Shown here: positions 29,185-41,400 of the stretch, piece after piece
How positions within the stretch are numbered: the first letter of the stretch is position 1
Layout of the letters: each line of letters starts with the position of its first letter
Source of the DNA: Candidatus Woesearchaeota archaeon
Lineage (GTDB): Archaea > Nanobdellota > Nanobdellia > Woesearchaeales > WAPJ01
NCBI GenBank assembly: GCA_047602885.1
Contig: JBLKOQ010000001.1
Span: forward strand, 10,016 to 74,015
Direction: 5' to 3'
Length of the DNA stretch: 64,000 nucleotides
Position numbers and translations under genes: made by a program
Notes under the pieces: generated by a model
The model's input: only the letters and a program-made list of their open reading frames with translations
What the model was told of the DNA's origin: nothing
Databases searched by the model: none

Positions 29185-31230
29185 TTAATGTACCATTCCC
29201 ATGGCCCTGTCAAAAGCATCCTTGGCCAGAGAATATCCTCCCTGAGGATGGTTAAAAGAGCCCCATGACAAGGAATAGACATTGTTGGGAGTGGAAAGTA
29301 TTCTCGCATGACTGGTACATTGATCCCTACATCCCTTGTCAATAATATCAAGTGTTATCCTATTCGCATTATTATCATAATATAATAATGCATCATAATT
29401 GTCTAATTCCAACAATAATTCAATATCACTATTATTATTTCCAAGGTATCCTAACAGTCTTAATGCGCTATTATCATAAGTATCATTGTTGTTAATGCTG
29501 ACATTGTTTTCATACCCCCTAATTATTCCTTCAAGCCTTGCAATCTCATTTTCATTATCCCTAATTATGGACTCGTAAGAGCTAATCAAATTATCTTGGT
29601 CTTCTAAAGCACTGGTAAGATTGTTTAATCCTGAAAGCTGGACTTCTAAAGACGTTATAGTGGATTGCTGGTCTCTTATGATAGTACGGTATTCTGATAA
29701 TTGGCCTGCATTATCATTATTTTGAGTCCTCTCATGATTAAGCGCCTGTTCCAGCTCTTCTATAGTATTGTCTTTCTCGCTTATCGTGGATTCGTAAGAA
29801 GCAATCATTTTTTCCTGTTCTTCAACAATCACAATAATCTCGCCCATAGTAGAAAACAGTCCTTCGTAATATGCTATGCTGGCAGCCTGGTCATTAATAA
29901 TAACAGAATACTCTGAAAGTCGCCTAGCACTATCATTATTATGGGCTTTCTCATTATTGAGGGCTTGTTCGAGTCCTTCTATAGTATTATTTCTCTGTGA
30001 TATTATCCTTTCATATTCCGAGATAGTATCATCACCAATACTGCTTGTTAGTATATTGTCAATATCATCTTCAAGCCTACTAATAATATCATCCTTCTCT
30101 CTTATCATAGACTCATAGGAAATAATGAGGCTATTTTTCTCTTCTAAGACATCAGTCATGCCCGATAATGACGATAGCTGTATTTCAAGAGATGATATTG
30201 TAGACTGCTGATCAGTTATTATAGCGTTATATTCTGACATTTGAACAGAATAGTCATGATTATTTCTTCTCTTACTTTCAAGAGCCTGCTCGAGACTTAG
30301 AATAGTACTATCATAATCGCCTAGTTGGCTCCTAAGATTATGAACAGAAGCCTCTAATGAAACTATCCTAGTGTTCTTTGATGCTATTATACCCTCATAA
30401 TGAGACACAATATTAGTAGTGTCAGAATCCTCTAATAATGATGCAATATCGTTTTCTAGCCTGCTAATAGTATTATCCCTATCCCATACCATGGAATTGT
30501 ACTGATCTAGCAAAGACTCATTATCACTGATTATTGCATTAAGATTGTGCACAGTATTCTCAAGCGATGATATAGTAATATTATGCTCATTAATAATCCT
30601 CTCATAATCAGTGGTTGAAGATGACATCCTTACAATCATATCATTATGCTCTGCAATAACACTTTCATAGTCAGCTATAGTAGCTTTTAAGGAATCATTC
30701 TCTGCTGTCAAAGCATCTATTCTTGACAATGATTCGGAATGGCTGGAGCGCAGCGATATTAGTTCGTTACTCCTCCTAGTATCAATCTGCTGGGCATTAA
30801 TAATCCTAGCATTAAGAGATTCGTTTTCAATAGACAAAACATTAATCCTATCAAGAGCATTCTCATAATCAGACAATGCAGTCTTTACAACATGGGACTC
30901 TCCAGCCCTTTCCATACCAATCCTATAATGATGAATGCCCTCAAGAGCCATAGTCAAAGCCCCTATGCCTACAGCCAATGTTATAGAGCCTCCTAATAAT
31001 GTTTTTTTATGCCTCGCATAAGCCTTAGACAATCTCCTACCAAATCCCATGCCCTTATTATCATTAGGAGACATCTCTTTAATCCTGCGCTCATAATCCG
31101 TATCAAATATATTGTCATCCATAAAGAACAGAATATCATCAGTATTAATAAGAAAAACGTGGAATAATCCGAAAATATCACGATGGAGTACTAGAAGATT
31201 TCTTGAATATTTCTTTAAGACCGGGAGCAT
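29185..31230 (-). CDS. membrane-anchored long coiled-coil protein with about 115-aa tandem repeats and a Cys-containing C-terminal globular domain
   Basis: TM helix near aa 85-105; about 450 aa of repeated ...LSEYxxIIxDQQSTIxSLExQLSxL...YESxIxEKDxxIxxLE... units. Confidence 0.55.
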   Translation of the reverse strand: MLPVLKKYSRNLLVLHRDIFGLFHVFLINTDDILFFMDDNIFDTDYERRIKEMSPNDNKGMGFGRRLSKAYARHKKTLLGGSITLAVGIGALTMALEGIHHYRIGMERAGESHVVKTALSDYENALDRINVLSIENESLNARIINAQQIDTRRSNELISLRSSHSESLSRIDALTAENDSLKATIADYESVIAEHNDMIVRMSSSTTDYERIINEHNITISSLENTVHNLNAIISDNESLLDQYNSMVWDRDNTISRLENDIASLLEDSDTTNIVSHYEGIIASKNTRIVSLEASVHNLRSQLGDYDSTILSLEQALESKRRNNHDYSVQMSEYNAIITDQQSTISSLEIQLSSLSGMTDVLEEKNSLIISYESMIREKDDIISRLEDDIDNILTSSIGDDTISEYERIISQRNNTIEGLEQALNNEKAHNNDSARRLSEYSVIINDQAASIAYYEGLFSTMGEIIVIVEEQEKMIASYESTISEKDNTIEELEQALNHERTQNNDNAGQLSEYRTIIRDQQSTITSLEVQLSGLNNLTSALEDQDNLISSYESIIRDNENEIARLEGIIRGYENNVSINNNDTYDNSALRLLGYLGNNNSDIELLLELDNYDALLYYDNNANRITLDIIDKGCRDQCTSHARILSTPNNVYSLSWGSFNHPQGGYSLAKDAFDRAMGMVH

Positions 31231-31897
31231 GCCCTTTTCCTACTACTACGAGTATCCTGTCATAATGCTTAGAGAGCCTTTTGACATTGGATGCCATTAC
31301 ATGATTCCTCTCATCTACTAATATGCTATAGAATGCAGGATACCTATCCTTCATAATGCCAAGCACCATATCAACCAGTTCATCAGCAGGAACTTTTCTT
31401 AAGTCAATCTTTTTCATCTTCTTGTCAGCCATTCTCCCAGTAATAATATCAAAAAAGAACCTCCACTTTTCCCTCGTAGGAATCCTCTTGAGCCTTGCAA
31501 GAGTAATCCTGATATCACGATCTATTAGGGCGATAGGAATATTATTGGACTTGGCAATATTCATAGCATGAATCATGTCAGAGCCAGGCTTTATTCCAAG
31601 ACTGTCCCCTATCCTTTCCTGCAATATCCTGCCAATACTATAGAAGAGTCCTGCAAACAGTCCTGCATGCCTTGCAACCTCCCAAAAAGAAGCTTTTTTG
31701 CTGGAGTTAAGAGAGTCTACACGCCCCTTGTCAAGCTCTATAGCAATAACGTCAGGATTAAACTTGTTTACGGCTTCACTGACCATCATTAAAGACTCTT
31801 CAGCAACATGACTGGTTCCTACGAGCATTACAGCACTAGGACTCTTCCTTACATGAGAATTGCCTGTTTTGACATCAATATTGTCAGCCATAACCAT
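31178..31897 (-). CDS. TraB/PrgY family protein
   Basis: VMLVGTSHVAEESL ... IAIELD motifs typical of TraB/GumN; overlaps the start of the coiled-coil gene. Confidence 0.6.
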   Translation of the reverse strand: MVMADNIDVKTGNSHVRKSPSAVMLVGTSHVAEESLMMVSEAVNKFNPDVIAIELDKGRVDSLNSSKKASFWEVARHAGLFAGLFYSIGRILQERIGDSLGIKPGSDMIHAMNIAKSNNIPIALIDRDIRITLARLKRIPTREKWRFFFDIITGRMADKKMKKIDLRKVPADELVDMVLGIMKDRYPAFYSILVDERNHVMASNVKRLSKHYDRILVVVGKGHAPGLKEIFKKSSSTPS

Positions 31898-31963
31898 TGG
31901 TGCAAAGAAAACTTTAAATAGTTAATCAGACTTTACATGGTGTAATCATGGAGGGGTTACGAA

Positions 31964-32227
31964 ATGCTTAGGATGAAGAAGATAACAGAAACATATAGTA
32001 TGAAGGTATACACTGACGAAGGAGATTTCTTTGGAGAAGTAGAAGAATCGGTTATGAGCTCCACAAAAGTATTCTCTTGGAAGATAAAAGCTTCTAGAGG
32101 AAGCTATCTTGGCAAGGTATTGGGAGGGGCAAAAGGAGTGATAGTGCCTCATGGACTCGTAAAGAGCATAGGAGACGTTATGATAATATCAAGGAATGCC
32201 GCTCCGGCACTCCCTGACGATGAATAA
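31964..32227 (+). CDS. PRC-barrel domain protein
   Basis: 87-aa archaeal PRC-barrel-like pattern (VYTDEGDFFGEVEE ... GKV ... IISRNA). Confidence 0.5.
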   Translation: MLRMKKITETYSMKVYTDEGDFFGEVEESVMSSTKVFSWKIKASRGSYLGKVLGGAKGVIVPHGLVKSIGDVMIISRNAAPALPDDE

Positions 32228-32321
32228 CTGATAAGCTCATTAGTGTCTTGTCCTGTACAGTTTCTATTATTATAGAAGCGTCTATCGCCATATATTACGA
32301 TGAATGATATTCTTTAATAGG

Positions 32322-32903
32322 CTATCTTATCATCTCATAGAAATATTCCGTTCCGTGCAATATAATATTATTATTAATCGCTTCTGAGCCCACAGTAAAT
32401 TCTTTAGACATACTCATAGACTTGAATTCTGTTTCATTAAAAACGTTGATATGTAGAGGCAGTGGTATAGTGGATGATATGCTCATTATTTCTTTATTCA
32501 TAATTTCTTCTAGACCATCGGGTATGATGAACAATAGATCAATATCAGAATGTCTTGTTGGGTTTCTTTTAGCATAACTTCCAAAAAGCAACAATACGAA
32601 GAATACAGTACTCATATTATTATAATAGCTTAAAACTGCTCTTATCGTCTTATTTCTTAGGATATCTTCTCTTCTATTATGCTCTGCTTCAAATATGTAG
32701 GGGTGCGGTTTTTTTACTAGTGTGACTTTGTGGGCATTTCCAAAAGGCTCTAATACTACTATGTTATTGTTTGCTAATCTCATAATTATATTATGCATGT
32801 TCTTATAATCCTTTTTTAGTATCTTGGCCAGTCCTCTAATGCTCAATCTCAGGTTATTGTAGTCCAATAATGCCTGGATAACTTTTACATCTGCTTTTTG
32901 CAT
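32322..32903 (-). CDS. winged-HTH + minimal nucleotidyltransferase (MNT) protein, paralog 3 (no HEPN partner)
   Basis: LFGSYAKRNPTRHSDIDLLFII NTase motif. Confidence 0.6.
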   Translation of the reverse strand: MQKADVKVIQALLDYNNLRLSIRGLAKILKKDYKNMHNIIMRLANNNIVVLEPFGNAHKVTLVKKPHPYIFEAEHNRREDILRNKTIRAVLSYYNNMSTVFFVLLLFGSYAKRNPTRHSDIDLLFIIPDGLEEIMNKEIMSISSTIPLPLHINVFNETEFKSMSMSKEFTVGSEAINNNIILHGTEYFYEMIR

Positions 32904-33149
32904 GTAAATATCACCATAATTTTATGTATATAATTACATATTTATATTTTTTTTTGTATGCTTAAGCGCACAATACCAGATTGTTAGTGTTTTATGGTAT
33001 GATACATTAGCAAAATAATGATTAATAGGAGTGCACAGAAACCTATACAAGATAACGGTCTATAGGCTATACATAGATAATAATCTCTTTATATATGTCA
33101 TTATAAACCATTATAAATCCGTAGCGTATTCATAGGTTAGTGATACTAT

Positions 33150-34559
33150 ATGCACATAAGCGTTGTTTCCAGAAAGACTCATGAAAAGAAAGATACATTG
33201 TTCATACCATATACTCATAACATGACACAACTACTCGAGAGATTCAACGACAAGGACGCTAAGTATATAGAAGAATATGCCAAGGATACCGGCTTTGGAA
33301 TGGAAGACTGCGAGTTAATAAAACTGCCTGAGATGGGCAATACAGTGTTATTATGCGGCATTAAAGAAATGATGCACAGCATAGCATCAGGAATAAGAAA
33401 ATATCATCATAGGATTACTACTATAGTATATGACATGGAAATACTCAAGGCAATGAATATCGACGATGAGATGCTCGCAAGAATAATAACCAATGCTACT
33501 GTACTAGGATCATATGATGCTCAAGAGACTGAAGGATACGAAGAATCAAGCGGACTCACAAAGATGATAATAAACGTGGCTGACGACAAGATAGAATGGT
33601 ACAGGAAACTATATGACATAGCGTACGAGAACGCCAAGTCAACACTCGATGCAAGGATATTAAGTAATAGTAGCATAGTCTTAGAAGGAACCGATAAGAT
33701 AATGGAAGCTGTAAGAAAGGCTTTAGGAAGAAAGTTCAAAACCAAAATATACAGGGCCAAAGACTTTAAGTTATACAAGTACAGGGGGATAGCAGAGCTT
33801 TCAGAATATTCTAAAGAAGAGCCTGTCATGATAATAGCAGAGCACAAGGCAGAAAGAGGCAAGACCATAGCATTATGCGCCTCGTTACTATTGCATCCTT
33901 TTCAGACGACAAGCTCATTAAAAAAACAGATGCTGCCATTAGGAATAGCAACCGCTATAGCCAATATTCATACGAATACAGAAAAAGACACTAGCCTATT
34001 AATAGTAATATCAATAGCCAACCTTAAAGAGACATCATCACTAATACAAAAGCCTATAAGACTTGGATGCGGGAGCTCTTACGAGCTAGAAAGCAGGGAT
34101 ACTATCAGTTTAATACCATTATCAGACACAATATACGCTGCCTCGAAATACAAGCCGAGACAGATAATAAGCCTTAACAGCGATACCATAGGATTTAGCA
34201 GTTTTCTTGGTACAGGAAGAGCAGCATACCTCTCAAACAGTGATGTAAGCACACAATTATTGGATGATGCTGGAAAGAACGCCTTAGAAAAAGTGTATAG
34301 GCTGCCATTAGAATATTCTGAAGAAGTGCATACAGGCATTAGAAAGAACTATAGGCTTATAGGAAGCGATAATATGGAAAGCTGGATACACAATGCGAGG
34401 ATGCTAGAAGTTAACAGTTCAGGATACCCGTGGATGCATATAGATTTATCTGCATGCAATCATACCACAAGTTCTTACGGGATAATGAGCAGGGGCAGTA
34501 CAGGATACGGCGCAGCACTAATAAATGAGTACTTAAAGATACTGGAAAATAAGGGATGA
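33150..34559 (+). CDS. M17 leucyl-aminopeptidase-like protein with divergent active-site motifs
   Basis: C-terminal half aligns to M17 landmarks: HTNTEKDT (cf. NTDAEGRL), YRLPLEY (cf. WRLPL), WMHIDLSA (cf. WAHLDIAG). Confidence 0.4.
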   Translation: MHISVVSRKTHEKKDTLFIPYTHNMTQLLERFNDKDAKYIEEYAKDTGFGMEDCELIKLPEMGNTVLLCGIKEMMHSIASGIRKYHHRITTIVYDMEILKAMNIDDEMLARIITNATVLGSYDAQETEGYEESSGLTKMIINVADDKIEWYRKLYDIAYENAKSTLDARILSNSSIVLEGTDKIMEAVRKALGRKFKTKIYRAKDFKLYKYRGIAELSEYSKEEPVMIIAEHKAERGKTIALCASLLLHPFQTTSSLKKQMLPLGIATAIANIHTNTEKDTSLLIVISIANLKETSSLIQKPIRLGCGSSYELESRDTISLIPLSDTIYAASKYKPRQIISLNSDTIGFSSFLGTGRAAYLSNSDVSTQLLDDAGKNALEKVYRLPLEYSEEVHTGIRKNYRLIGSDNMESWIHNARMLEVNSSGYPWMHIDLSACNHTTSSYGIMSRGSTGYGAALINEYLKILENKG

Positions 34560-34563
34560 TACG

Positions 34564-35142
34564 CTATTTAGCTTTTTTACGCACTACAAATATCTTATAA
34601 GCAATATAGAATGGGAGGAGTATAATGATTCCTAATCCAAATAGTCCATATCTTATATTAGGATGAACTTCAGAGACATTAAATATCCCTGTAACACCTG
34701 ATACTATAAAGAATAAACCAAGATAGAGACATGAAATACCAACTATACCTATTCTAGGAATCATTCTTGGCAATATAAGACCTTGAACAATGTCGCCTTT
34801 AGCGGTTTTGTCAAAATCGAAAACATATGCTGTCATCATCCATCCAAAGAAGTTATTATTAATCTCGGGTACTATCCTTTCTGAGCTCATTATCATCCTA
34901 TCATTAGGACGAAACGAGCCAAGGATAAATGATGCGATAAGGCTTATGAATATCAGAGGGAGTGATACCATTAATACTGGTAATAGCAGCAAAGCAATAG
35001 AGATAATAATAAGACCTTCTCCAAACAATAAGAAAGCAATACCAAGCAATATTGTAGATGAGAGATATGTGATACTGGCATAAAGTAATATCCGGGTTGC
35101 TATAACAAAATATTTGTATTGCTTATCATCCATAGACAACAA
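34564..35142 (-). CDS. hypothetical integral membrane protein (5-6 TM)
   Basis: 192-aa hydrophobic ORF divergent from the giant gene. Confidence 0.4.
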   Translation of the reverse strand: MLSMDDKQYKYFVIATRILLYASITYLSSTILLGIAFLLFGEGLIIISIALLLLPVLMVSLPLIFISLIASFILGSFRPNDRMIMSSERIVPEINNNFFGWMMTAYVFDFDKTAKGDIVQGLILPRMIPRIGIVGISCLYLGLFFIVSGVTGIFNVSEVHPNIRYGLFGLGIIILLPFYIAYKIFVVRKKAK

Positions 35143-35421
35143 TTAAAGTCTATGATTTATAATCTTTTTCTAATATTATTGGCAGTGGATCATGTTATTT
35201 ATTGAATATATTAGTTGTTAAGATGATAAACATTGTTTTATGATGGGAATATCGGCTAACTCATAAGAGACAATTTTACAGGGCTTATAATACATAAAGT
35301 CATAGTGACTAGAAAAAGGAGCTGTATAATCCTTTCGATAATAGTGCTAAGCATAGTCTTTATAGTCGTTACATTTATAAAGGACTCTTGTTTAAAAATT
35401 ATGATATAAACATATCGGGGT

Positions 35422-38400
35422 TTGGGCTTGAAACAAGTTGTAGTGCAAGTAACGATAGTAGTAGTTATAATAGCTGCGCTTATATTCACATTCTTTAGTA
35501 TTGGAGAGCCTACAATTACAGGTTATGCTGTATTTGAGAGCAGTGTTAGTAATGTCAGTTATGACGTGGAAAGGGTAGTGTTGCCACAAGAAACTTATAC
35601 TATTCAGTTGGAAGATAATGTTGTTGTAAGAGGAATAGTAATTAATGGTTATTATATTGCAAGCAAAGATTCTAGTATTATTGCAAGGCTTGATGAAGGG
35701 ACTATTAGTCATGAATTGAGGTTGAGAAGCAATGTTATTACTGGCATGGCTATCGGTGCTGGAGAAGTTGAGAGTGGTATGATAGAAGAAGACTTGGCTA
35801 ATAGGACTTTGTTGAGGTATGGTGATGGTCCTTATGATATCGATAATGATGGAATGGTAGGGAGACAAGGAGCAGTAGACTATTATGTTGAAACTAATGC
35901 TTCTTGTGTATTATGGAGTATTGTAGGGGATGATGTTGACCTATTCTGTCAGGGAACAATAGAATGCTGTGACAGTTATCTATTGGAGAGCATGGATGAC
36001 AATCCCAATTATTTAGTGTTGGATAGGCAAAGAGCAGGTGCTGACAGAGGAGAAGTATTGGCCAAAGCTGACGGTTATGATTTTAGTAGAATGTTGCCTT
36101 ATGATTTTACTGGTGCTGAGGAGAGACTGGTAAGATTGGATGATGTTTGTTTGGGAAGTTGTAATGTTAGGATGCAGAGCAGTAGTATAAGGATAGAGAG
36201 CAGTGCTTATTTGCATATAGACAGGATTATAGTATATTATGATGATTTGCCAGACGATGAGATATTTGATACAGAGGATGGCAACATAATAGAAGAAGTA
36301 TTACCAGAAAAAAGAGTCATAAGAGAAGAGATGATAGAATATATAGTGTATGAGTCAGAAGGAGGTATTATTGGAAGAACCGTCTCAGAACTAAAAAGTC
36401 ATTATGGTCTTAGCAGGGCATCTGAACGTTCAGCAAAGATATTTTCAATGGATTATGAGCATATCAGTGAAGAGGAAGAAACAGAGTATACCGAAGGGAT
36501 TAATGCTCATATAATTAGAGTATCATCAGAGCTTCTAAATCTAGTAACAGAAGAAAGCGTAAGAATCATAATATTAAATGAATCAGGAATATACTCAGAA
36601 TACGCCAATAATTTATCAGAGCTAAACGAAATACTACACTCTAAAGAAGTTATAACAGCTAGTATCGACAGACAAATAGAATTGTTAACACAAGATACTC
36701 TTAATGCATCAGGGTTTATATCAGTATATAATGAGTATGAGGTTTCTGGTTCTGGTGTTCGTGTATGTATTGTAGATACGGGTGTATCGGGTCATGTGGT
36801 TGAGAATATATCATATACTGGTGTCAATGTTCTTGATGGTACCGATGACATAATGGATTACCATGGCCATGGTACTCTTGTTTCGTACCCTTTGATTCGT
36901 GCATTACCTGATGCCCATTATGTGATTGTAAAGGCTTTGGATGATACTGGGATAGGATATGAGTCTGATGTTATTTCTGGATTGGATGCGTGTGCTGAAC
37001 ATGATGTTGATGTTGTTTCTCTTTCTATAGGAGCTGGATTGTATGATGGGTACTGTGATACTAACCTTGTATCAGAGCGTGTGAATGAACTTGTGTCTGA
37101 AGGAGTCTTGGTAGTTTCTGCTGCAGGTAATGAGGCTGGTCCTTATTTGAAGGCTCCTTCATGCGCTTCCTCTGCTCTTGCAGTTATTGCTTACACTGAT
37201 GATTCGTTATGGTATCAGTCTTCATACTTGGAAGGTCATGCAGTATTTGCCGCTCCTGGTGTTGTTGAGACTATTGGTCCTGATGGTTCTGTGGTTTTAT
37301 CTTCTGGTACGTCTATGAGTGTTCCTTTTGTTAGTGCAGCTGCTGGTTTATTGGTTGAGTATACTAATGACACGGGACTAGTGTTACGTAACAGACTGGT
37401 TGGCACAGGTGATCTGCTTGGTGATGAGTTCTTGTTTTCTCGTCTGAATGTTTCGAGGGCTTTTTCGGGTGAGATTACGAATGAGTTGTTGTATAATATT
37501 AGCGAGGGCGTTGAGGTAGAGGGGACTGTATATTATCGTGGTACGAGTTTTATTGCAGGAACTATCACCACAGGAAATGGGCATTCGTGTGGTATTCGTG
37601 CTGTTGATGGTCGTGTTTTGTGCTGGGGTAGGAATAACGTGGGTCAAATTGGCGATGGTACAACTGCAGGTCCTCGTACGAATCCTACTTTAACTACTGA
37701 TACTTCTGCATATACTTTTATTTCATCAGGCGAACAACATTCGTGTGGTATTCGTGCTAATGATTCTCGTGTTTTGTGCTGGGGTAGTAACGGGAATGGT
37801 GTGCTTGGTGATGGTACTACTGTTCAGCGTGAAAATCCTACTTTGATTAATGATTCTTCAGCGTATCTTACACTTGGGTTAGGTCAAGGTCATTCGTGTG
37901 GTATTCGTGCTAATGATTCTCGTGTTTTGTGCTGGGGTTGGAATGGGAATGGTCGACTTGGTGACGGTACGGATGAAGCTCGTTGGAATCCTACATTGAC
38001 TTCTGATACTTCTGCATACAGCGGAATAACTGCAGGTGCCCACTACTCGTGTGGTATTCGTGCTAATGATTCTCGTGTTTTGTGCTGGGGCACTAATAAT
38101 TATGGTCAGCTTGGTGATGGTACAGATGTTGTTCGTTGGAATCCTACATTGACTTCTGATACTTCCGCTTACCTACATGTTTCTGGAGGAGGTTGGCATT
38201 CGTGTGGTATTCGTGCTAGTGATTCTCGTGTTTTGTGCTGGGGTAGGAATAACGTGGGTCAGATTGGCGATGGTACTACCACCACTCCTCGATTGAATCC
38301 CACTTTAACTACTAACACGTCTGCGCATGGTACTGTTTCTGCTGGAAACGATTATTCGTGTGGTATTCGTGTCAATGATTCTCGTGTTTTGTGCTGGGGT

Positions 38401-41400
38401 GCTAATGATTATGGTCGGCTTGGTGATGGTACTACTACAGGTCCTCGTACAAATCCCACTTTGACTGCAGACTCTTCTGCATATGTAGCCGTTTCAGCGG
38501 GGGATTGGCACACTTGTGGTATAAGATCTTACGATGGTCGTGTGTTGTGTTGGGGGTATAACGAGTTCGGTCAGATTGGCGATGGTACCACTACGACTCC
38601 ACGTCAAAATCCAACGCTTACAAGCAACATGGCTCCATTCGCCGAAATTCCTTGGGTCTTTACAACATGCGAAGCAACTGGTCGCACTGGTCCTACTCAA
38701 GGTATGTGTGACGATGCATACGAATACTCTTATCTGAACAATAGTGTAACTGTATCTTCAGGCATACAATCATGGACTGTTCCTGAGACGGGATGGTATA
38801 ATGTTACTGCAGTTGGAGCTCAAGGAGGATACGGTGGGAGAACGGGTGTTGGGGGATACGGCGCTCTCATTTCAGGTGCTTTCTACTTCGAAGAGGGAGA
38901 GACAATCAATGTTCTCGTTGGTCAGAAAGGTGGAGATAACTCGTTTCGACCGGCAGGTGGTGGTGGAAGTGCAGTGTGGAAGGATACTGGAACCGAACTC
39001 CTCATCGTCGCTGGAGGTGGAGGAGCGTATGCAGTTGGAACAACGACCACCTACCAGGACCGAGCACACGCGAGCAACACAACAAGTGGGAAGGATGGAT
39101 TTGGTGCCACGGCTCAGAGCGTGGGTGGAACCGGAGGTCTTGGAGGTGCCGGAACAGGTAACCGAGCCTCTGGTGGTGGAGGATGGTTTACTGATGGTGG
39201 ACAGGGCACGACGGCTGACAGTCGTGGCCGATCCCTCTCAGGAGGGGGTCTTGGAGGTGGTGGTGCTGTAGCTGACGGTGGATTTGGTGGTGGCGGAGCG
39301 ACCGATAGCACGACGACATGGGGTGCTGCTTCTGGTGGTGGTGGGTACTCTGGTGGTGGGGGTGGGTATTCTAACACAAACGATGCTGAAGGAGCTGGGG
39401 GCGGTGGAGGATCATACAATTCTGGGTTGTTCCAGTATAACGTCGGAGGAGAGAACGCTGATCATGGCTTGGTCATTATCGAGCCATACGGTGATGTCTC
39501 ATTACTCACCGTGGGAGTTACTCCTTCTCCCGAAGCGAACGCTACCGATGATCTTCTTGGATATTGTACGAGTGATGTCATCGATGGATTCGACCGGATC
39601 GACTATGAGTGGAGACGTGACGGCATAGTCGAGTACATGGGAACGTACTTTAGAGCAGATACGATCACAGCGCATGAAGCTCACACTTGTGGTATTCGTG
39701 CTAATGATTCTCGTGTGTTATGTTGGGGACGCGCGGGTAGTGGTGAGATTGGGAATGGAAGCAAGCTACCACAAGTGCTTAATCCAACACTCACCTCTGA
39801 TACTGATCCTTACCTTCAAGTGAGCGTCGGATTCACTCATTCGTGTGGTATCCGCTATGACGGAAGAGTGCTCTGCTGGGGAAACAACGCTGAAGGGCAG
39901 TTGGGAACAAACGATACGACTGAACGACTCGTTCCTACTTTGATTGCGGATGATGCTGCCTACCATTCCCTCAGCGCAGGATACCGGATGAATTGTGCGA
40001 TACGTGCTAATGATTCTCGTGTGTTATGTTGGGGTGACAATGTATTCTCTCAACTCGGCAGTGGAGGTGGATCGGTGAGCGTTCCGAGGCTCATCAATGA
40101 TACCGCTTCCTACCTGATGGTTTCCACTTACAAGTACCACGCGTGTGGTATTCGTGCTAATGATTCTCGTGTGTTGTGCTGGGGGATGAACTGGTACGGT
40201 CAGGGTGGTAATGGAACAACTGACGAGTTCGTGTCATCCGAGACTCCGACCCTCACGACCGATAGTTCACCATATGTAATGGTAACAACAGGTGCCTCTC
40301 ATACGTGTGGTATTCGTGCTAGTGATTCTCGCGTGTTGTGCTGGGGTCGTAATAATAATGGGCAGCTTGGAATCGGTTCGAGCGGTACAAATGTCGGTAA
40401 CCCCACAACGACTTCAGATTCATCTGCATATCACTACATAGATGCTGGTTGGCAGTTCTCATGTGGCATCAGATCGTCTGATAATAGAGGTCTTTGTTGG
40501 GGGGATAATGGTGAGGATAAACTTGGTATCGGAACGACCGGTAATCGTGAAAACCCTACACTTATATCTGCTTCGTTTGCGATATCGTTGATTACTGCTG
40601 GTGAACGCCATGGGTGTGTGGTTCGCTCTTCGAATGGGCGTGTGTACTGCTGGGGACAAACTGCTGAAGGACGTACAGGAGATGGGGTAGGTATTGGTAC
40701 TGAGCACACACCGACGCTCACAACAGACACTTCCTCGTATGCGTACTTACCTGCTATTGCCTCTGGCGTGCAGTATAACCTCTCAACACTTGACTCAACG
40801 ATAACGAATGGTGGAGACTCATGGACGTTCTCATGCCGGATTACAGACGGTCGAACGACCTATCCATACGAGGAGAGTGCTACGATAACGATTGCAAACA
40901 TTATTCCGATTTATTCAAAGTTTGATGGTTCAACAACGAACTTTTCTGATGCTAGTGTTGTTCCTGACCTTTCAAGCGTGAGCAATCCGATTCTTGAGAT
41001 ATCCACGTTCGGACGCATCACATGGAAAGGTATGGTAAACGTTCCTAGTTCAGATTATGATTCTCATGTGCATATTGGTTATCGGTACATTTTTGTTAAT
41101 AGTAGCGCGTTGCATTCATCTCATGATTCGGGTTCGAATTTGAGCTTTTATGATACGGGCTTCGTGCATGCTCCTGTCATCCTCAAAGATAGTTCTGTGT
41201 GTGAACAACCCTTGTGTAACATGACTGGATTTGTTGATGGTTACGTGAATTACTCAGTGGCTGGTTTCTCAAACTACACGCTTGATTCTAATAGTCGATT
41301 GGAGATCTGGGATGGTACTGATCCTCAAGGAGGAAATAATTCGTATGAGGTTGGTGAATCGGTGCCTTTCTATGCAAATTATTCGAATCTGACTTCTGGT

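Noticed and set aside
39114-39419. Minus-strand ORF encoding a Pro-rich protein (PPPPPAPSA...)
   Set aside because: It is the antisense of the Gly-rich (GGN-codon) segment of the giant gene. CCN runs are the mirror image of GGN, and it lies entirely inside a clearly coding plus-strand ORF.
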